DNA of 64,000 nt, from positions 1,344,001 to 1,408,000 of the forward strand of contig OY764216.1 of NCBI GenBank assembly GCA_963668315.1, read 5' to 3'. Below the pieces are notes generated by a model. That model was not told the origin of the DNA and made no database searches. It saw only the letters and a list, made by a program, of their open reading frames with translations. The translations under genes and the position numbers were made by a program. Shown here piece by piece: positions 62,306 to 64,000 of the stretch (the stretch's first letter is position 1; every line of letters starts with the position of its first letter). Source of the stretch: Spirochaetia bacterium (lineage in GTDB: Bacteria > Spirochaetota > Spirochaetia > DSM-2461).

Positions 62306-62860
62306 ATGAGAGTTACCCGGGCCATCGAAGAACAGCGGCAGCTTTATCCCCTGTCGACCTTGGCTGATATCTATAAAAGCTTTTTTCAGGATGAGTTCGG
62401 CCCGGGACACCTTCTTGCCGATCGGCAGAGAGCCCTGGAATATTACAATGGGGAGCTCGCCGATATGAGAAGCCGGAGCCGTTATAAGATCGAACCCTGC
62501 GGAGCGGGAGAGCATTTCTGTCGTCTTCACTTGGATCTTGTTCTTGACGGATTGATCAGCCGGGAAGACTATTTTGAGGCATTCCTGGCCGGGGCGGAGG
62601 GATTTTCTCTTCCCGACGGGGAGGGTTGGAAAAACAAATGGCTGTCAATTCTCCGTTCTCCCGGGAATTGGCAGGGTACCCTTGATCATTTTGAGGAAGA
62701 TGCCCATGGAATCCTATCTCGACTGGACGGGGGCGAATACGCCATGAATCACAGCGGCCGCTACAGGCAGGCCTATGACCCTCATTACCGTATCTTTTCC
62801 ATCCGGCATGCCGATGCCTTGATGGCTTCCCTATCCCCTAAAATCCGTCCTTTCTCATAA
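62306..62860 (+). CDS. conserved hypothetical protein
   Basis: YP...L.DIYK..FQ..FGPGHLL and HS..YR.AY.PHYRI motifs. Confidence 0.7.
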   Translation: MRVTRAIEEQRQLYPLSTLADIYKSFFQDEFGPGHLLADRQRALEYYNGELADMRSRSRYKIEPCGAGEHFCRLHLDLVLDGLISREDYFEAFLAGAEGFSLPDGEGWKNKWLSILRSPGNWQGTLDHFEEDAHGILSRLDGGEYAMNHSGRYRQAYDPHYRIFSIRHADALMASLSPKIRPFS

Positions 62861-62969
62861 AGAGCAATTGCACGCTTCTTCCATCCTCTCTCTTTCTTAA
62901 AAAAGAGAGTAACACTTTTCCTCCGCCTCACTGTTTAAGAGTTATACCAACTTGACAAAGAGGTCGATA

Positions 62970-63602
62970 ATGAAAAAGATAACCATTGTTTTAGTTTTAG
63001 TTATGATTACCGCCAGCCTTTTCGCCCAGGTGAAATTCCGCATGAACGGAGCCTGCGACTGGCATGCAGAAGAGGAAAAATCAGAGATGGGCGGAATCCG
63101 TCTGGAACTTGTGGGGCAGGAACTCGGCTTCGGCGTTGAAGTCATGGGTAATTCCAGCTGCGAAGATGAGCCGGTGGAGGGGGAGACCTACTGGGGCGAA
63201 TGGCAGGGAGAAGTCTTTGTCAATTATCACTTTTTCGGGAATAATTCTTTCCTGGATCCCTATCTGCAGGCCGGATACGGCTGTGCTGGCAAGGACTACT
63301 GGACCGTAGATGAGGGTTCGCAGGAGTTGAATATCTCCCTTTATCCCTCCTTCTCCGCCGGAGTCAACATGGTTTTCAAGGGCGGTCTCATTCTGGGCAT
63401 TCGCAACAGCTATCGTCCGGATAACCGGTATGTGCCCGGTTCAGATCTGCCCGTTTATGATTTGTCAAAGAATCAGTTTACCCTTAATATCGGCCACCAG
63501 TTCGGCGGAAGGGATAAAAGAGAGAGAGCAAGAGATGAGCGTTACGGATGCTGGAAGTGGTGCTGGTGCGAAGACGGCGACTGTGACAGGGATGACGATT
63601 AG
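62970..63602 (+). CDS. secreted, possibly outer-membrane beta-barrel protein with Cys/Trp/Asp-rich tail
   Basis: Signal peptide ending SLFA; alternating beta-strand pattern (DPYLQAGYG, FSAGVNM, FTLNIGHQF); tail GCWKWCWCEDGDCDRDDD. Confidence 0.6.
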   Translation: MKKITIVLVLVMITASLFAQVKFRMNGACDWHAEEEKSEMGGIRLELVGQELGFGVEVMGNSSCEDEPVEGETYWGEWQGEVFVNYHFFGNNSFLDPYLQAGYGCAGKDYWTVDEGSQELNISLYPSFSAGVNMVFKGGLILGIRNSYRPDNRYVPGSDLPVYDLSKNQFTLNIGHQFGGRDKRERARDERYGCWKWCWCEDGDCDRDDD

Positions 63603-63616
63603 TCAAGGAGGACGTT

Positions 63617-64000
63617 CTGCCCGTTGACGTAGAAGCATTATATACCAAGTACGGACCTATGGTCCTCAGAAGATGCCGGCAGATGCTGGGAAACGAGGAC
63701 CAGGCCCTGGACGCCATGCAGGATGTCTTTGTCAAAGTGATAAACAAGAAGGACAGCCTCAAGGCGACCTATCCGTCCAGTCTCCTCTATACCATGGCTA
63801 CCAATCACTGCCTGAATATTCTGAGCCGGGAGAAGAGAACCTCCTGCGATAACGAGATTCTTGAGATGATCGTGTCCTTGGACAGGGTGGAGGAGAAGGC
63901 CCTGGACCGAATGTTTCTGGACCAGCTTTTTTCCGGTCAGAAAGCGTCCACCCGGACCATAGCGGTTCTTCATTATATGGATGGACTGACCCTGGAAGAG
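63617..64000 (+). CDS. ECF sigma-70 factor (truncated at window end), probable CTG start
   Basis: Hand translation: LYTKYGPMVLRRCRQMLGNEDQALDAMQDVF, LYTMATNHCLNIL, IAVLHYMDGLTLEE; AAGGAGG 5 nt before CTG 63617. Confidence 0.82.
   Translation, partial: MPVDVEALYTKYGPMVLRRCRQMLGNEDQALDAMQDVFVKVINKKDSLKATYPSSLLYTMATNHCLNILSREKRTSCDNEILEMIVSLDRVEEKALDRMFLDQLFSGQKASTRTIAVLHYMDGLTLEE

Overview
Gene-dense bacterial window, probably a free-living anaerobic Spirochaetales. This is inferred from LFSNGQQE/LFS-type SBP signal peptides, LPP20 lipoproteins and the regulator repertoire. From left to right: (1) a visibly AT-richer alpha-mannoside utilisation locus (GH38, family-5 ABC importer, an unexpected cytoplasmic astacin-like metalloprotease, GH125, a GH63/MGH1-like hydrolase, PfkB kinase); (2) a minus-strand signalling cluster (MCP, REC-HD-GYP, PocR/PAS hybrid kinase, stand-alone winged-helix-like protein, REC-HK-REC) with a triple GTTAC/GTAAC motif in two of its promoters; (3) hydrolases and a CpdB-like nucleotidase; (4) a flavinylated extracytoplasmic flavin reductase with a non-canonical active site behind a textbook 19-bp MerR promoter; (5) acyl-CoA synthetase, XRE-cupin regulator and yfcE; (6) a PLP enzyme-DUF1611(DgcN)-epimerase(DgcA) operon; (7) a CHASE4 hybrid kinase/HD-GYP pair; (8) MarR plus a heterodimeric ABC exporter; (9) three tandem LPP20-type lipoproteins and aroC; (10) a NikR variant with an altered metal site and a perfect GTGACA-N16-TGTCAC box before a FecCD-type importer; (11) a truncated ECF sigma gene that probably starts at CTG. 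I saw no rRNA, tRNA, CRISPR array, transposase or integrase. All calls come from reading motifs by eye; no searches were run.
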